Assembly: GCA_951406725.2 (NCBI GenBank)
Contig: OX597817.1
Location: forward strand, 81,902,001-81,966,000
Direction: 5' to 3'
Origin: Octopus vulgaris
Taxonomy: Eukaryota
DNA: 64,000 nt
Shown here: positions 27,662-42,828 of the stretch, in pieces
Layout of the letters: the number at the start of each line of letters is the position of its first letter
Position numbering within the stretch: the first letter of the stretch is position 1
Made by a program: the position numbers and the translations under genes
The notes under the pieces: model-generated
The model's database searches: none
Told to the model about the DNA's origin: nothing
The model's input: only the letters and a program-made list of their open reading frames with translations

Positions 27662-28890
27662 CACTGTAGAACTCCTCTAATTTGGACTTTCTCTAAACTT
27701 GAACGTTTTCATAACTCAAATTTTATTTGTACATTCGATGCAGAATTGCAGTGAGACAGTTTAAATAATCTTAGTCAGGTATTGTACTGAAATACCAGTC
27801 TAGCTATTGTGTAATTGATGTAGACTAATTAACGATAATTCCCACTGACTGTATTTTCTATTTCTTTTCAGACTGCCTTATTGTATTGAAAATAATGTAA
27901 AGCAATCCCCGTCATAATGGCATATAATTCTAAAAGAAAACAAGTTACACTAACATTACTCGAAAAACGTCACATTTTAGAAAAATTAAATACAGGAATT
28001 GCAAATAGTGACATATTGAAATATTATAAGATTGGAAGGAACACACTGTTCTACATCAAAAAGAACAGGGAGGATATATTGAATGCTGCCCCTCTCTCTG
28101 AGAGTTATAGAAGACAAATCAAAAGAAGGTCCCTTCATACACCAAAGCAAGGTGAATTCGATAAAATATTACATGAATGGTTTTTATCGAAGCGAAATGA
28201 AGGTATAACTCTATCAGGACCAATGTTAATTGCTTAAGCAAAGTCTCTTAAGAAAGAGTTGAATATCAAAAGGGACATGAAATTCAGCCAAGGCTGGCTT
28301 AGGAGTTTTAAGTGTCACATGGCATACAGCAATTAACAATTGCAGGTGAACAACGTTCAGCTATGTTCTCAGCGTCAACTTATTGTGAAAAATTAAAAAT
28401 AATAATTGAGGACTATGCCTTAACACCAGGTAATATTTACAATGCTGATGTTACTGGTTCAAATTGGAAGTGCTTATCCACAAGTGCTTGCCATTGGTAA
28501 ATCTAAGTGTCCCCAAGCACTGAAAGGAGTTTCACCTTTACCAGTATCATATTATTCATTAAAAAAATGGATGGATAAATCAGCACTTGTTCACAGATTG
28601 GTTCATACAAGAATTTGTGCCAACTGTCCAGAAGTGCTCTCACGAATTAGGTAAATCTAATTCAAAGTGCTTGCTGCTATTACACAATTGTAGAGCACAT
28701 CCTCACGAGACCAAATTAGTGTCATCGTGCGGGTATGTTTTTGCGTGCTACTTACCACCGAATGACATCTCTCATACAAACTATGGACCAAGGGATTATG
28801 TGGAACTTAAAATGTTTCTACAGGAATTATTTCATGATGAATATGATAAATAGCAATGTTAGTATGGGCGATTTCTAGCGCAATTTTGCC
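27662..28890 (+). mobile_element. Decayed Tigger/pogo (CENP-B-type) transposon
   Basis: KRKQVTLTLLEK HTH, L.EWF..KR.EG..LSGPML, IYNAD.TG..WK and CLLLLHNCRAHP..YLPPN, with stops and frameshifts. Confidence 0.88.
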
Positions 28891-29299
28891 ATCAAAGTCG
28901 AAGTGAGAGAGAGAGAAAAATGGTGTTGGAGCTGTATTGGGGTTTACCCACAGGGAACAGAGAGAGAGTATAAGTAGTAGAGAGGGGATGGAGGGGATGT
29001 TCCATAAGAGTGTGAGAGATGTTTAGAGGTGGGGAAGACATGACTGTAGCAAGTGATGGTGAGAGAAATTGGAGGGGCTGGAGTGGAGTATGGTAGATTT
29101 GTGAGGGCATTGAGAGTGTGTGGACAGATATGTGAAGGAAAGTTGAGGGCCTGCAGTAGATGAGGTGCACAAGGGAGGGTGGAGGGGAGGGGCCTGCAGC
29201 AACTTGTGGGGGTGCTGGGAATATGGGTTGTGAGGAAGTTTTGATAGATAGATTGTGTGTGTGTGTGTGTGTGTGTGAAGGGTTTTGTTGTAAAAGACA

Positions 29300-29560
29300 T
29301 GCCTGTATGTACAGATGGTCACACTTTTATTTAGCTTGACATATCTTCTCAAGCACAGTACATTGCCAGAAGTATTGGTCCTTTGTCATCTCCTCTGTGA
29401 GGCTCAACATCTGAAGATTATTTCTCACCACTTCATCATATGTTTTCCTGTGTCTGCCCTTTTCACAGGTTCTCTTCACAATTAAAGATTGACACTTCTT
29501 TATGCAGCTGTCCTCATCCATACACATCATATGACTATACCATAGCATCTTCTCTCTTGC
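29300..29560 (-). mobile_element. RTE-like LINE C-terminal/3' fragment
   Basis: ORF 29327-29566 shows the W.xH..M...GR.RK..D.V......L...MTKD...W pattern. Confidence 0.7.
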
Positions 29561-29565
29561 ACACA

Positions 29566-29605
<40 letters not shown>

Positions 29606-29974
29606 GTATACTCACACACATATAGGCATCGCTGTGTGGTAAGAAGCTTGCTTCCCAACCACATGCTTGACACCTTGGGCAAGTGTCTACTATAGCATTA
29701 AGCTGATCAAGGCCTTGTGTGTGGATTAGGTGGACAGAAACTGAAAGAAGCCTGTTGTGTGTGTGTGTGTGTGTGTCTGTGTATTCTTATCTTGATATCA
29801 CATGATAACTGTAAATGAGTATCACTGTACACACACAAGCAGTAAACGTATGTGTGCTTGTGTGTGTTTGTGGAACTATTCAATGAAAACCGTATTATAG
29901 ATTGACTTCAAATAAATCTTTTTTCTAAAAAAGCAACGTTTTGGTCTTACGACACTTTTGCATAATAACAACGA

Positions 29975-30078
<104 letters not shown>

Positions 30079-30099
30079 CATCCATCCATCCATCCATCC

Positions 30100-30205
<106 letters not shown>

Positions 30206-30255
30206 ATATCCATCCATCCATCCATCCATCCATCCATCCATCCATCCATCCATCC

Positions 30256-30329
<74 letters not shown>

Positions 30330-30480
30330 TTTTATATAAATAAGGATAAGATCGTTATTTAAAATACCGATCTTATGAAGTGGACAGCACTGGAATAAAA
30401 ACATTATTGTTATTAATTATTAAAATTTTAATTAAGGTTATCTCTTACATACCCTTAATTTTAATTTTAATTCTAATATG

Positions 30481-30834
<354 letters not shown>

Positions 30835-31151
30835 AGAATATAAAAAGGGATATAACAATATAAATATAAAAAGAAGTTAAAAAATACACAATATATATCT
30901 TCCATACACGCACACGTACACACACATTGTTGAATGGCCGTTGACTACTCATTAGTTCCTTCGCCCTATTCATTAGTTCCTCCGTCTTAATTTTCCTTCC
31001 TACAAGGTGTGTCCAGCAATCAGCCTCACACACACTGAAAGCTGTTTAGTCGCCGACAACCCGACTATGTAACAGGCTATACTCGGTACATGTTACTAGT
31101 AGCGTTTAAGAGCGACCGATAGCACTCGATAGCAACCTAACATAACATACA

Positions 31152-31205
<54 letters not shown>

Positions 31206-31269
31206 TATGCATATATACATACATATCTGTACATACCTACATATATATATGTATATATACATGCATATA

Positions 31270-31650
31270 TGGGTACAGGACATCAAAAATGTTGAACACA
31301 ATGAAAAACGAAAACATAAAAACAAAAACATAGAAACGAATTTTTTTTTCGGACAACGAAAAAAAAAACAAACAGAGAAACGAGACATAAAACATAAAGA
31401 ATATTCCCCTTCTTCAGTTGTCCCTGTTTCAACTACTCCACGTTCCGAAGCCAAGGACAAGACGTGACTTCGTTGAAACAGTCCTTCCCGCAAAGCAAAT
31501 TAAATATAATTTGGGATCTTTTGCGGAGGGTGAAAGTGGTAACAAGAACAGGACAGTGAGAACAAAACTGTAAAAACAGTAAAAGACAGAACAATGAGAA
31601 CAAAACAGTAAAAACAAACGATGAGGGTTGTTAAGCCAAGACGATGGAAA
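31270..31650 (-). repeat. Interspersed repeat in (TA)n, related to 57505-57602 (+)
   Basis: Shared ...CG(G/A)AACGTGGAGTAG.TGAAACA..G..ACTGAAGAAGGGGAAT..TC...TGTCCTGTAC. Probably a Penelope-type terminus. Confidence 0.5.
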
Positions 31651-31674
31651 AATTATTCTGAACGTTTAAGGAGA

Positions 31675-31737
<63 letters not shown>

Positions 31738-31799
31738 TGTGTGTGTGTATATATATACATACATACATATACATATATATATACACACATACATACATA

Positions 31800-32425
31800 A
31801 AAACAAAACAAAAAATGGAACAAAAACGTAACAGGTGACAATAAAACATTCGGGCAATTACACGATACAAAAAAGGACAGGAAAAAACAAGGACGGGTCA
31901 TTCAGAGCTTTCAGTCTTCAGTCGAGTACCAGATCGTCTTTACAGTTTCGCCCGGTTGCACTCAAGACTGCTCCAATCTGGATGGCCCTAAGAAAATCTA
32001 AGCTAAGTGCACTAGATTCTTTGGAAGAAAGCAAGCGAATATATACGAAAACAAGGACGGAGAAAAAACGGAGAAATGGTATACAGTTACAAATACAAAC
32101 AGGACATTAACAACAGGTGTCTTTCGACTAAGGACGAATTAAATTAAGCTGGCATGTGTGGAAGTGAAGCTTTACGGCAGGAACATAGAAGATGAAAGTC
32201 ATGGGAAGGAATAAAAGATTTGCTATACGGATGGTAGTCGAGCAAAGAAAGAAAGGTCAGGCTTGGCCGAACACTGGTCACATGGATGGAGAGGAGAGAG
32301 GTAGGGGTAAAGAGATTGAAGAATTAGGGTTGAACGAGAAAGAGAGAAAAAAAGGAAAGGGACAGAGTGAGGTAAAGGAGGAGGGAAAGTGATGAGAATG
32401 AAGGCCAAGAAATGTGAGGTAGGGT
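31800..32425 (-). repeat. Interspersed repeat related to 53335-53480 (+)
   Basis: Shared GATC.GGT.CT.GACTGAAGA.TGAA.GCT..GAATG.CCCGTCC. It truncates the Gypsy remnant. Confidence 0.5.
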
Positions 32426-32429
32426 GGGA

Positions 32430-34185
32430 TTGAGTCTCGCGCTTTATCATAATGTCATCGAGGAATGCGATGGTTAAGTCACAATCACTTAACATCGCAT
32501 CCGTTAACTTCCCTCCGTTTAGTCTAATAAATACTTTTTCTGGGCTTGATAATGGGTAATTGCGTGTGAGTAAACAGTCATTTAATCTCGTTGAGAAGTC
32601 TGCGCATACTCTTAGCTTATTTTTTTTACGTAGACCGTCGGTGCTGCCCAGTCTGCATGGCCAATCTTTTCAATTATATTCAGGCTTTCCAACCTTTCTA
32701 GTTCTTTATTGACTTGGTCTACCACCGCAAACGGCACGTTCCGTTTGGGCCTGAAAAAGGCGTTGAATCTTCTTTAATAGCAATTCTTGCTTTTGTTTTT
32801 GTGCAACAGCCTAAACCTTCCGAAAAAACTTTTGGGTAAGTTTCTTTAATTTTTTTGTCTTAGTTAATCAACCTCATTGGACCGTTTGACTGTTCCGTTT
32901 ACGTTATTGCACAAAACGATTATGGGTGTATCCCATACATTAAATTTCTCCACACATTCGGTGCCAAATAAATTCCTGGATTTTTCAACACATAAACATT
33001 CACGTTTTTGGTTCGACCTTTGAACATTACATTACAAACGCACCCGCGTTTATATGGAAACACTCTTTACGTTGAATTTCTTCCGTGTCATGCCTTAATT
33101 TTAATATCATGTAACACTCTCCTGAGAGTTTCTGCAATGTCATATCCTGGTTTATTTCCAGTTTTGCTAGAATTTTCGTTCGGATTTCTGTATTTCTTTT
33201 ATCTGTCAATCCTTGTGCAAAAATATAACACTTGGAAGAATCTGGAGTAAGCATATCCAGCCTAAATCTCACACATCCTTTTTTTACTCTGCCTGTGTAA
33301 GTAGTGAAGTCTTTATCTTCGCTCTTTTCTGTGTTTAAACATTTCCATTAAACAGGGAGCTCGTTTCATTAAAAATTTTGCAGAAAATGTCAACTGTGTC
33401 GGTGAAAGTTATGTTGGACGCTTTTTTAGCAGTATGAAGTTACTATACTTCTCATGCCGTGCTGTCGCTAGTTTTCTTAAATCTAGACGCATTTTCATTT
33501 CGTCCGACCAATCCTGACATTTTTTCAAAAAATTATTCAAACTTCGAAAGTAAGACTCGAAAGTTACTCCATCTTCGGGGTCATGTTTGAATTCGCTATG
33601 GAATTTGCTCCATGGTCAGGTGAAAATGTATTCTTCGGTTTGGTTATCAACTTCATCAGTTGTAACATTTGCTGCTGCAATCTTTGTTGTTGTTCTCGTT
33701 GTTCCTTGAGTTGGAGTTGGTACTGTTTTGCAAAGTCTTCGATGTTTTATGAGTTTCGTAAGTTTGCACAAGATTTATGTTTCTTTTTTGTCGAGTTATT
33801 CAATTTTCCACGTGAATTAGTTTAAACTCTCCGCGTGAATGTTTTTTGTTTCACTCTGTGTAAAGTCGTTTTACTTCGTCGCCACTGTTGTAAAGTGGGT
33901 TCCTCCCACTGGTGTAATGTGTGACTGCCGTTGTACTGTAGCTGCTGTTTTACGCCAGTAGCCACAATAGTTACTAGTCATCGGATACCGTTGTATCTTT
34001 TTGTACCGGAATAGTAATGCTCTAACTTCTGTCATACTATCGCTGATAGCTCCACAAGACACGACTAGAACTGTCGACTCGCTACTCATCGACTCTCGAC
34101 TATCTTGACGAGCGGCTACTGGTTTATTTATAATGACTGTACACTACCACTTTTTACCGAGAGGGGTATACAATTCCACTATACA
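32430..34185 (-). mobile_element. Decayed Mag-like Gypsy LTR retrotransposon (5' LTR, PBS, gag, partial RT)
   Basis: LTR 34185-33886 (TGTATAG...ACAACA), then PBS TGGCGACGAAG. gag-like DPEDGVTFESYF. RT WAAPTVYVKK, CADFSTRLN and FLDDI. Confidence 0.88.
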
Positions 34186-34924
34186 TTTCAGAAGAAATCA
34201 ACCTCTTAATTCGTACACTCCATATACAGTCTGTAGGTGGAACAATAAAAATATGCAAGATTTTTCTGACGTTTAAAATGCGAATTTGTTATCTATATTC
34301 CAACGACGGAACTTTCCATTTTTGTTAGAAACCAGCTTTCCTCAGAGGAAGATTTCAAATAATTAAAAACAGTATGGAACACACACACACACACACACAC
34401 ACACATTTACACATACACGTGCGTATACACACACACAGACAGACACACACAGAAAAGCACAAATACACAAAGACATACACACGCGCGGGGTATATATTTA
34501 TTTTGTCACTAAGTGTTTCTCTTTCTCGCTCCCTCTTAGTTTCTCTCCTTCTGCCCTCAAATACTAAAATAATGCTTTATTTGTCAAACTTGTCCTTTGT
34601 GAGATGTACTTTTTCATATTTATTATATTTACACTACACACATACTCACACAAGCACGCACATACTTATTGACATACACACGTGTACACACACATGCACA
34701 CACATACACACATATATATATATATACATGCATATATTGTTATATGTATATGTGTGGAGAGAGGAGGTTGATATGCATGGGCGACTGCTGGCCTTCCACA
34801 AACAACCGTGCACGGACTTGTGCCTGGGAAGGTTATTTTCTAAGTGCAATAGCATGGTCATTCATGACCGAAGGATGTCTCCTCCTCCTCTCCTCCTCCT
34901 CCTCCTCCTCCTCCTCCTCCAATA

Positions 34925-35385
34925 ATGGGCTACACCAAATATTCTGCTCAATACCACATATTTACTTCTCAGTTGTTTGACCGTAACCACTTGAGCATGT
35001 TCCTTGGTGGCTGACGATAGGTGCATCACTGATCACGAGCAGAAGTAGTGGGGAAGCATCATAGTCATGTGTAGAGAGGAATTCTTTGGGGTTAAATAAT
35101 TCAACTCTGGAAACATAGGTGCTTCGTTCAACATCCTTAAACAACCCTTATTTAGGGACCTTTTGAGCGGGATGGGTTACTCGACCAGAAGAAAATTCTA
35201 ACTGGGCCCCACCTGCAAGATCATGCGCTGTTTATATTGATATGTGATCACCATGTTGCGCACATATGGTTATGGTGCATGTGCCTGGTATACTCTTATC
35301 AGACGGGTAGACATGATGGATATACTGGGCACCGTATATTTTTACCCCTGTGTTACTTTGAAAGCATGCACTACTGTCTCACTCA
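34925..35385 (+). repeat. Non-coding interspersed repeat ending in (AAT)n (probable LINE 3' UTR), copy 1
   Basis: Highly similar to 36830-37289. Both end CTCACTC-(AAT)n. Confidence 0.75.
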
Positions 35386-35419
35386 ATAATAATAACAACA
35401 ACATGATAAGTGGTACAGG

Positions 35420-35947
35420 CACCATCCAGAGGATGTAGTAAATGGTGAGGGCGTAACCATCTTTGGAACTTCTCAACACAAACAGACAGAAAAATTGACT
35501 TCAATTGACCAGACATTGTGATCAAGGACTACAACAGGGGAACTTATCTGTTAATTGATATGTCAGTTCCACAAGATCAAAATGTGTCAAGAAGAGAATA
35601 CGAAAAGCTTTTTCACTATAAAGACCGACAAATTGAAATCACAAAAATATGGAAGCTTAGTACTACAATAATACCAGTAGTGATTGGTGCGTTCGGAATG
35701 ATAAGGAAGGGAGCTGAGAAATATGTTAAGCAACTCCCTGGTAACTCCAATCTCCGTGAACTACAAAAGATAACGTTGTGGGTACAGCCCATATACTACG
35801 GAAAGCACTCTCCATCTAAAATGGAATAAAGGTAGTGATAATTTTAGCATGCATAGCAAAACAAAAGTGCCCTTGCTACTCTTGACCTCCGGGGGATGCT
35901 CGGTACTAAGGCAACTGAAATAAAGTTATATTGAAAAGAAACCATAA

Positions 35948-35950
<3 letters not shown>
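35420..35950 (+). mobile_element. R4/Dong 3' fragment (RLE domain)
   Basis: PDIVIKD..LIDMSVP..YKD..IPVVIGA, (AAT)n tail. Confidence 0.85.
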
Positions 35951-36001
<51 letters not shown>

Positions 36002-36039
36002 TATCATTAAAAATGATCAATAATAATAAAAAGAGAAAG

Positions 36040-36718
<679 letters not shown>

Positions 36719-36732
36719 TAATAATAATAATA

Positions 36733-37289
36733 AATGCCCTGATGCCGTACCAGGCAATGACTGTCATGGCTTTTGATCTTAACTGATTGGAAGTGTTATC
36801 ATGTACATAGCTTTGTCTTGGTATAAAAGATGGGCTATAGCAAATATTCTGCTCAGTACCACAGATTTGCTTGTCAGTTGTTTGACCTTAACCAGTTGAG
36901 CATGTCCCTTAGTGGCTGACGATGTGTGCATCTCTGATCACGAGCAGAAGTAGTGGGGGAGCATCATAGCCATGTGTTGAGAGGGATTCTTTGGGGTTTG
37001 AATAATTCACCTCTGGAAACATGGGTGGTTCTTTCAACATCCTTAAACAACCCTTATTCAGGGACCGTTTGAGCGGGATGGGCTACTCAACCTGAAGAAA
37101 ATTCTAATTGGGCCCCACCTGCAAGGTCATGTGCTGTTTATCTTGATATGAGATCACCATGTCGCGCACATATGGTTGTGATGCATGTGCCTGGTGTACC
37201 CTTATCAGACGGGTAGTCATGAGGGGTATATTGGGTTTCATATATTTTACCCCAGTGTCACTTTGATGGCATGAACTGCTCTCTCACTC
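36733..37289 (+). repeat. Non-coding interspersed repeat in (AAT)n, copy 2
   Basis: Similar to 34925-35385, flanked by (AAT)n on both sides. Confidence 0.78.
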
Positions 37290-37357
<68 letters not shown>

Positions 37358-37389
37358 TAATAATAATAATAATAATAGTAATAATAATT

Positions 37390-37816
37390 AGGACATGAGT
37401 ATTCCTTGTGATCACAATATAGCGGCGAAAGAATTTTACAAGATCAGTAAATATAAAGACTTGCTAATAGAAATTGAAAAAAATTGGCATCTTAAGGTGA
37501 CTACAATACCAGTGATTGTAGGTCTCTAGGAATGATAAAAAAAGGTACTGAAACCTATTTGAAAATGATACCAGGCTTACCATCCCTACAGGAAGTTAAA
37601 AAAAATCGTGTTAACTGGAACGACTCTTGTACTGAGAAGAGCATTATCGCTGTGAAAACAACATCTATTCATGAATTTATTTATTTATTGATTTTTTAAA
37701 TACATATTTTACCTGTGAATTTGCATGTGTAATCTGGGAATGCATACAATGAGCTTCTCTGCCCTAGGTGTACGGAAAACACTCGGCGAGAAACGGAAGA
37801 AAATTTGAAGAAGGAA

Positions 37817-37820
<4 letters not shown>
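37390..37820 (+). mobile_element. R4/Dong 3' fragment of the 13263-15229 subfamily
   Basis: DMSIPCDHNI..KYKDLLIEIEK.WHLK and a similar 3' UTR. Confidence 0.85.
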
Positions 37821-37911
<91 letters not shown>

Positions 37912-37919
37912 CAATTAAC

Positions 37920-38785
37920 AAGGAAGTAGACAGAAATTTGCTCAGGGGTGGACCCTTAAGGTGAGTGACATGCTGAAATAAATCAAGAATGATTAAAGCC
38001 TACATCATCTATATAGAAAATAAAGTAGGTCTCGAACCAAACCGTAAATATGGGAATGAAGGAAAAGAACCTTGGTGGAAAAGAAGAATAAAGCGATCAA
38101 TGAACGAACTACGGAAACGTATTATCATCTTGTAAAGAAATAAAAAAGATGAAATCAAGAGGGAGGAGAAATACCAGAAACTAGAACATAGATATAGAAT
38201 AAAGAAAAAGAGGCTAAATGTAGATCTTGAAGAACTGAAACAAAGATTGCTGGCTAAATTGACAAAGATCAAAAGATATGGCCAAAGAATTGAACAATAT
38301 AAAATCAACGGATTGTTCCAACAAGACCAGAAAATGGTTTAGCAACAGCTGAATGGAAGTGTTAACTGCAGTGAGAGACCAGACGCTGAAGAAAGTAAAA
38401 GATTTTGAGGTAACATCTGGGATAATGGAACAAAGCATAAAGATGCTAAATGGCTGAAGGAATTAAAATCGGAAAAACATGAAGTGAAACAGAGCAATAT
38501 CAGAATAACGACTTAAATGGTAACCAAACAAACAATAAAGATCCCAAACTGGAAATGCCCAGTTCTACACAGAAAAATAACCACGCAAATGGATAAAATG
38601 ATCAGCAACGGGCTGCAAATCCCAAAGTGGCTGACCACAGGTAGAACAGCTCTTTGCCAAAAAGATTCCAGTAAAGCAATGCAACGGATAATTACCGACC
38701 TGTCACCTGTCTGCCTCTGATGTGGAAGCTGATAACAGGAATAACATCTAATTATGTGTATAACCTCCTGGAAATGAATGGCAAA
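37920..38785 (+). mobile_element. Decayed R4/Dong pre-RT region
   Basis: EPWWKRRI, EELKQRLLAK, PKWLTTGRT and NYRPVTCLPLMWKL. Confidence 0.8.
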
Positions 38786-40142
38786 ATGCCTTCTCCACCC
38801 CTCCTTCTCCTCGCCTTCCCTCCTCCCCTCCTTCCCTCTTCCTCTTCCTCCTTTCCACCCTTCTCCCTTTCACCTTCACATCTACCTCCACCTCCACCTC
38901 CTCCTCTGCTCTTCTCCCTCTTCTTCACCACACCCTTCCTCTTTCTTCTCCTTCTCCTCCTCCCACCTCTCCTCCCGTCCCCTCCTCCCTCCTCCCCGAC
39001 ACACCCTCCTACCTCCTCCCTCCCCTCCTTCTACCCCTTCCTCCTCTTCCTCCTTCTCCTCCTCCTTCTACCTTTCCTCCCTTCCTCCTGTTTCTCGTCT
39101 CCTTCCACCTCCTTCTCCCACTTTCCTTCCTCCTTCTTCTCCCACTCCCCTTCCTCCTTCCACCTCCTCCTCCACTTCCTTCAGCCCTTCCTTCTCATCT
39201 TCCTTCCCACCTTTCCTTCTCCTCCCCTTCTTTTTCCTCCTCCTTCCTTCACCTTTACCGTCACCTCTACCTCCACATCCTCCTCCTCTGTTCTTCTCCC
39301 TCTTTTTCACTCACTCTTCTTCATTATAATTTTTCTTTTTGTTTCTTTTCTTCTCCTCTTACTTCCTTTTCTCCTCTGTCTTCCTCCTCTTTTGCTTCCT
39401 TCTCTTCCAGCTCCTCCACCTCGCCTCCTTCGCTTCCACAACTTCCTCCTCTTCCTCTTACCCTTCCTCCTCACATTCTCTTCTTTCTACTCTTTTTCCT
39501 TCTCCGCCGCCTCACCCTCTTCCTCCTCCGCTTCACCTTCCTTCTCCTCCTCATTTTGCTCCTCCTCACCTTCCTCGTCACCTTCCTCCTCCTCGTCACC
39601 TTCCTTCTCCTCACTTTCCTCTTCCTCACCTTCCTCCTCCTCCTCACCTTCCTTCTCCTCACTTTCCTCTTCCTCACCTTCCTCCTCCTCGTTACCTTCC
39701 TGCTCCTCACCTTCCTCCTCCCCACATTCCTCATCCTCATTCTCATCTTCCTCCTCCTCTTCACCTTCCTCCTCCTCTTCACCTTCCTCCTCCTCTTCAC
39801 CTTCCTCCTCCTCTTCACCTTCCTCCTCCTCTTCACCTTCCTCCTCCTCTTCACCTTCCTCCTCCTCTTCACCTTCCTCCTCCTCTTCACCTTCCTCCTC
39901 CTCCTCCTCACCTCCTTCCTTCTCCTCCTCACCTCCTTCCTTCTCCTTCTCACCTTGTTCTTCTTCTTCCTCCTCACCTTTCTCCTACTCCTCACTTTCC
40001 TCCTCCTCACCTTCCTCTTCCTCACCTTCCTCCACTTCTTCCTCCTCCTCTCCCTTTCCTCTTCCACTTCCTCCTTCTCCTCCTCCTCCTCCTCCTCCTG
40101 CTCCTCCTCCTGCTCCTCCTCCTTCCCCTCCTCCTGCTCCTC
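38786..40142. repeat. Polypyrimidine/polypurine low-complexity tract (about 1.35 kb) with an 18-bp tandem unit CTCTTCACCTTCCTCCTC
   Basis: Direct reading. The tandem units lie at about 39755-39900. Confidence 0.9.
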
Positions 40143-40529
40143 TTAATTACTATATTAGCAGAAATGTTGTTTTGAGTTATATTGACAACACGTCTCCTGA
40201 AACTTTTGTTTTTTTATAGGATTCTTGCATAATACACTGCTGTACTTTTCTATAGGTCGACAATTCAAGTCTCAATCCCTATATCATTCAGGCTCTTAAG
40301 GTAATAATTTGTGTGTTCTGCCTAAGTGCAACAATTACCACCAGAATACCTGTCACCTTACTCTTTCACAATCTTTATCTCCCTGGCTAGGCTCCGATAT
40401 TTCTTCATTTTACCTCAATTTCCGAAGTGTCTACTCAATTATCATGTGGTATTGCAAAATCTATGATCTTCTGTATTCTATGATTATATCTGGTTTTCTT
40501 GCTTCAGTAATATCTTTAATCTTTTTTTA

Positions 40530-40850
40530 AACTTGTTTCAGTCATTAAAATACAGCCACGCTCTGACATCACCTTGAAGAACTTTTTTAGTCCAATGAAT
40601 ATCTTTTGTCGAACCGTTAAGTTTCGAGGAAATAAACGCACTAACTCCAGTTGTTAAGTGGTGATGGAGGACGCGCGCACGCGCACACACACACGACAGG
40701 CTTTTATCAGTTTCCATCCACCAAATGCACTCACAAAGCTTTGTTCGGCTCGAGGCTATTGTAGAAGACATTTGCTCAAAGTGCCACGCTGTGGGACTGA
40801 ACCCAGTACCAGGTGGCTGGAAAGCAAGCATCTTGTCACACAGTCGCGGT
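40530..40850 (-). mobile_element. Octopus-type tRNA SINE (diverged)
   Basis: Reverse complement of the family at 42399-42797. Confidence 0.75.
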
Positions 40851-41499
40851 CAGTCTTTATGGGGAAATCCCATAAAATCCTCTACTTTTTATTCTCTAAC
40901 ACAGCCTCGGGCTTGTGTTTGGACCACTTTTCTGCTACGTTGAATCCACACGCTCGGCTAATTTGTACTCACTCGTGTATGCAATATAAGTTACTTTTAA
41001 ATATCGTATTCTTGCATTCACAATTCGTCTTTGTTATGTGCCGAGCAGAAATATAAAGAATTGTGGAAGAGTAGACAATAAAATCTCCTTGTAAACATAA
41101 TTATCAGTAAATATACTCTTTCCATTTCTCTCAGCCAATAGTTTTACAGTAGATTTCTTCCAAACTCTAGATAGTTCAACGTTCAGCTAACCACAACTGA
41201 ACAGAGGCAGAAGAAAGTAAGAGGGTGGGAGAGAGAGAGAGAGATAAAGAGAGAGGGGGAGTGAGTGTGTGTGTGTGTGAGAGAGAGACTTACGTTGCAA
41301 TGAATAAAAATGTTTTGTGACTGAAGCGTGAATGTGAATCTTCAATAATGAAAGAATATTGAAACTTTATTTTGATAAAGACATAATGAAATGGGAATTT
41401 ACAAAAGTTTACTTGACATTGCAGATTTCAATAATTGCTTTCTTTTAGTAAAGGTTACACGATTCCCCCTAATTAATAACCAGTTTCCTAATTATAGAA

Positions 41500-41560
<61 letters not shown>

Positions 41561-42021
41561 GTTGTTGTTGTTGTTGTTGTTATTATTATTATTGTTATTA
41601 TTATTATTATCATTGTTGTTGTTGTTGTTGTTGCTATATTTCGCCCGTTGCTACGTTCTGAGTTCAAATTCCGCCGAGGTCGACTTTACCTTTCATCCTT
41701 TCGGAGTCGATAAAATAAGTACCATTTGAGCACTGGGGTCAATGTAATCGACGCTTCCCTTCCCCAAAACTGCTGTCCTTGTGGCAAAATTTGAAACAGT
41801 TATTATTTTTTACACACGAGCAGAAATATAAAGAAATGAGGAATAGTAGAAAATGTACTTTGAGTAAATTATTTAACGTTTCTACAATAAGTAATCATAC
41901 GTTACAATTTGTGTACATGTGGAATTCAGAGTTTTGCTAATACCAGACCAGATGACTGTTTTGTGTAAATGTAGGTGTGTATATAATATAAATACACACA
42001 CATACACACACACACACATAT

Positions 42022-42392
42022 GTGGAGGCGTAATGACCCAATAGTTAGGGAAGTGAACTCGCGGTCTTAGGATCGCGGTTTCGTTTCCCAGACCGGGTGT
42101 TGTGAGTGTTTATTGAACGAAAACACATGCAAAGCACCACGAGGCTCCGCAGGGGACATTATAGAACCCTGCCTTTCTCTTTCACCACAACTTACTCTCA
42201 GTTATTCTTCCTGTTTCTGTTGTACTTGTATTTCAAAGGGTCATACTGTCACGCTGAATCTCACCGAGAACTACGATTAGGGTATACGTGTCTGTAGAAT
42301 GGTCAGCCACTTGCACGTTAATTTCACGAGCACGCTGTTCCGTTGATCGGATCAACTGGAACCCTCGTCGTCGTAACCGACGGAGTGCCACG
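42022..42392 (+). mobile_element. tRNA-derived SINE
   Basis: tRNA-like head GGAGGCGTAATGACCC..GTTTCGTTTCCC. Its 3' module is shared with 58853-59000. Confidence 0.75.
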
Positions 42393-42398
42393 ATATTT

Positions 42399-42797
42399 AG
42401 TGGCTGTGTGGTAAGTAGCTTGTTTACCAACCACATGGTTCCGGGTTCAGTCCCACTGCGTAGCACTTTGGGCAAGTGTCTTCTACTATAGCCTCGGGCC
42501 GACCAAAGCCTTGTGAGTGGATTTGGTAGACGGAAACTGAAAGAAGCCCGTCGTATATATGTATATGTGTATATGCGTGTGTGTGTGTGTTTGTGTGTCT
42601 GTGTTTGTCCCCCTAGCATTGCTTGACAACCGATGCTGGTGTGTTTATGTCTCCGTTACTTAGCGGTTCGGCAAAAGAGATCGATAGAATAAGTACTGGG
42701 TTTACAAAAGAATAAATCCCGGGGTCGAGTTGCTCGATTAAAGGCGGTGCTCCAGCATGGCCGCAGTCAAATGACTGAAACAAGTAAAAGAGTAAAA
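42399..42797 (+). mobile_element. Octopus-type tRNA/CORE-like SINE with internal microsatellite
   Basis: TGGCTGTGTGG..GGTTCAGTCCC head, TTGGGCAAGT core-like motif, (TA/TG)n middle and TAAAAGAG tail. Other copies at 29625, 46130, 46816, 49845, 52750 and 58387. Confidence 0.85.
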
Positions 42798-42828
42798 TAG
42801 TATATATATATATGCAAACACATGTATA

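Noticed and set aside
30928-31142. Possible solo LTR (TGTTG...TAACA) or 3' LTR of the Gypsy remnant
   Set aside because: No clear similarity to LTR 33886-34185 and no convincing TSD.
38720-40219. 499-aa Ser/Pro-rich ORF
   Set aside because: A short R4 RT remnant running into a pyrimidine tract that cannot contain stop codons.
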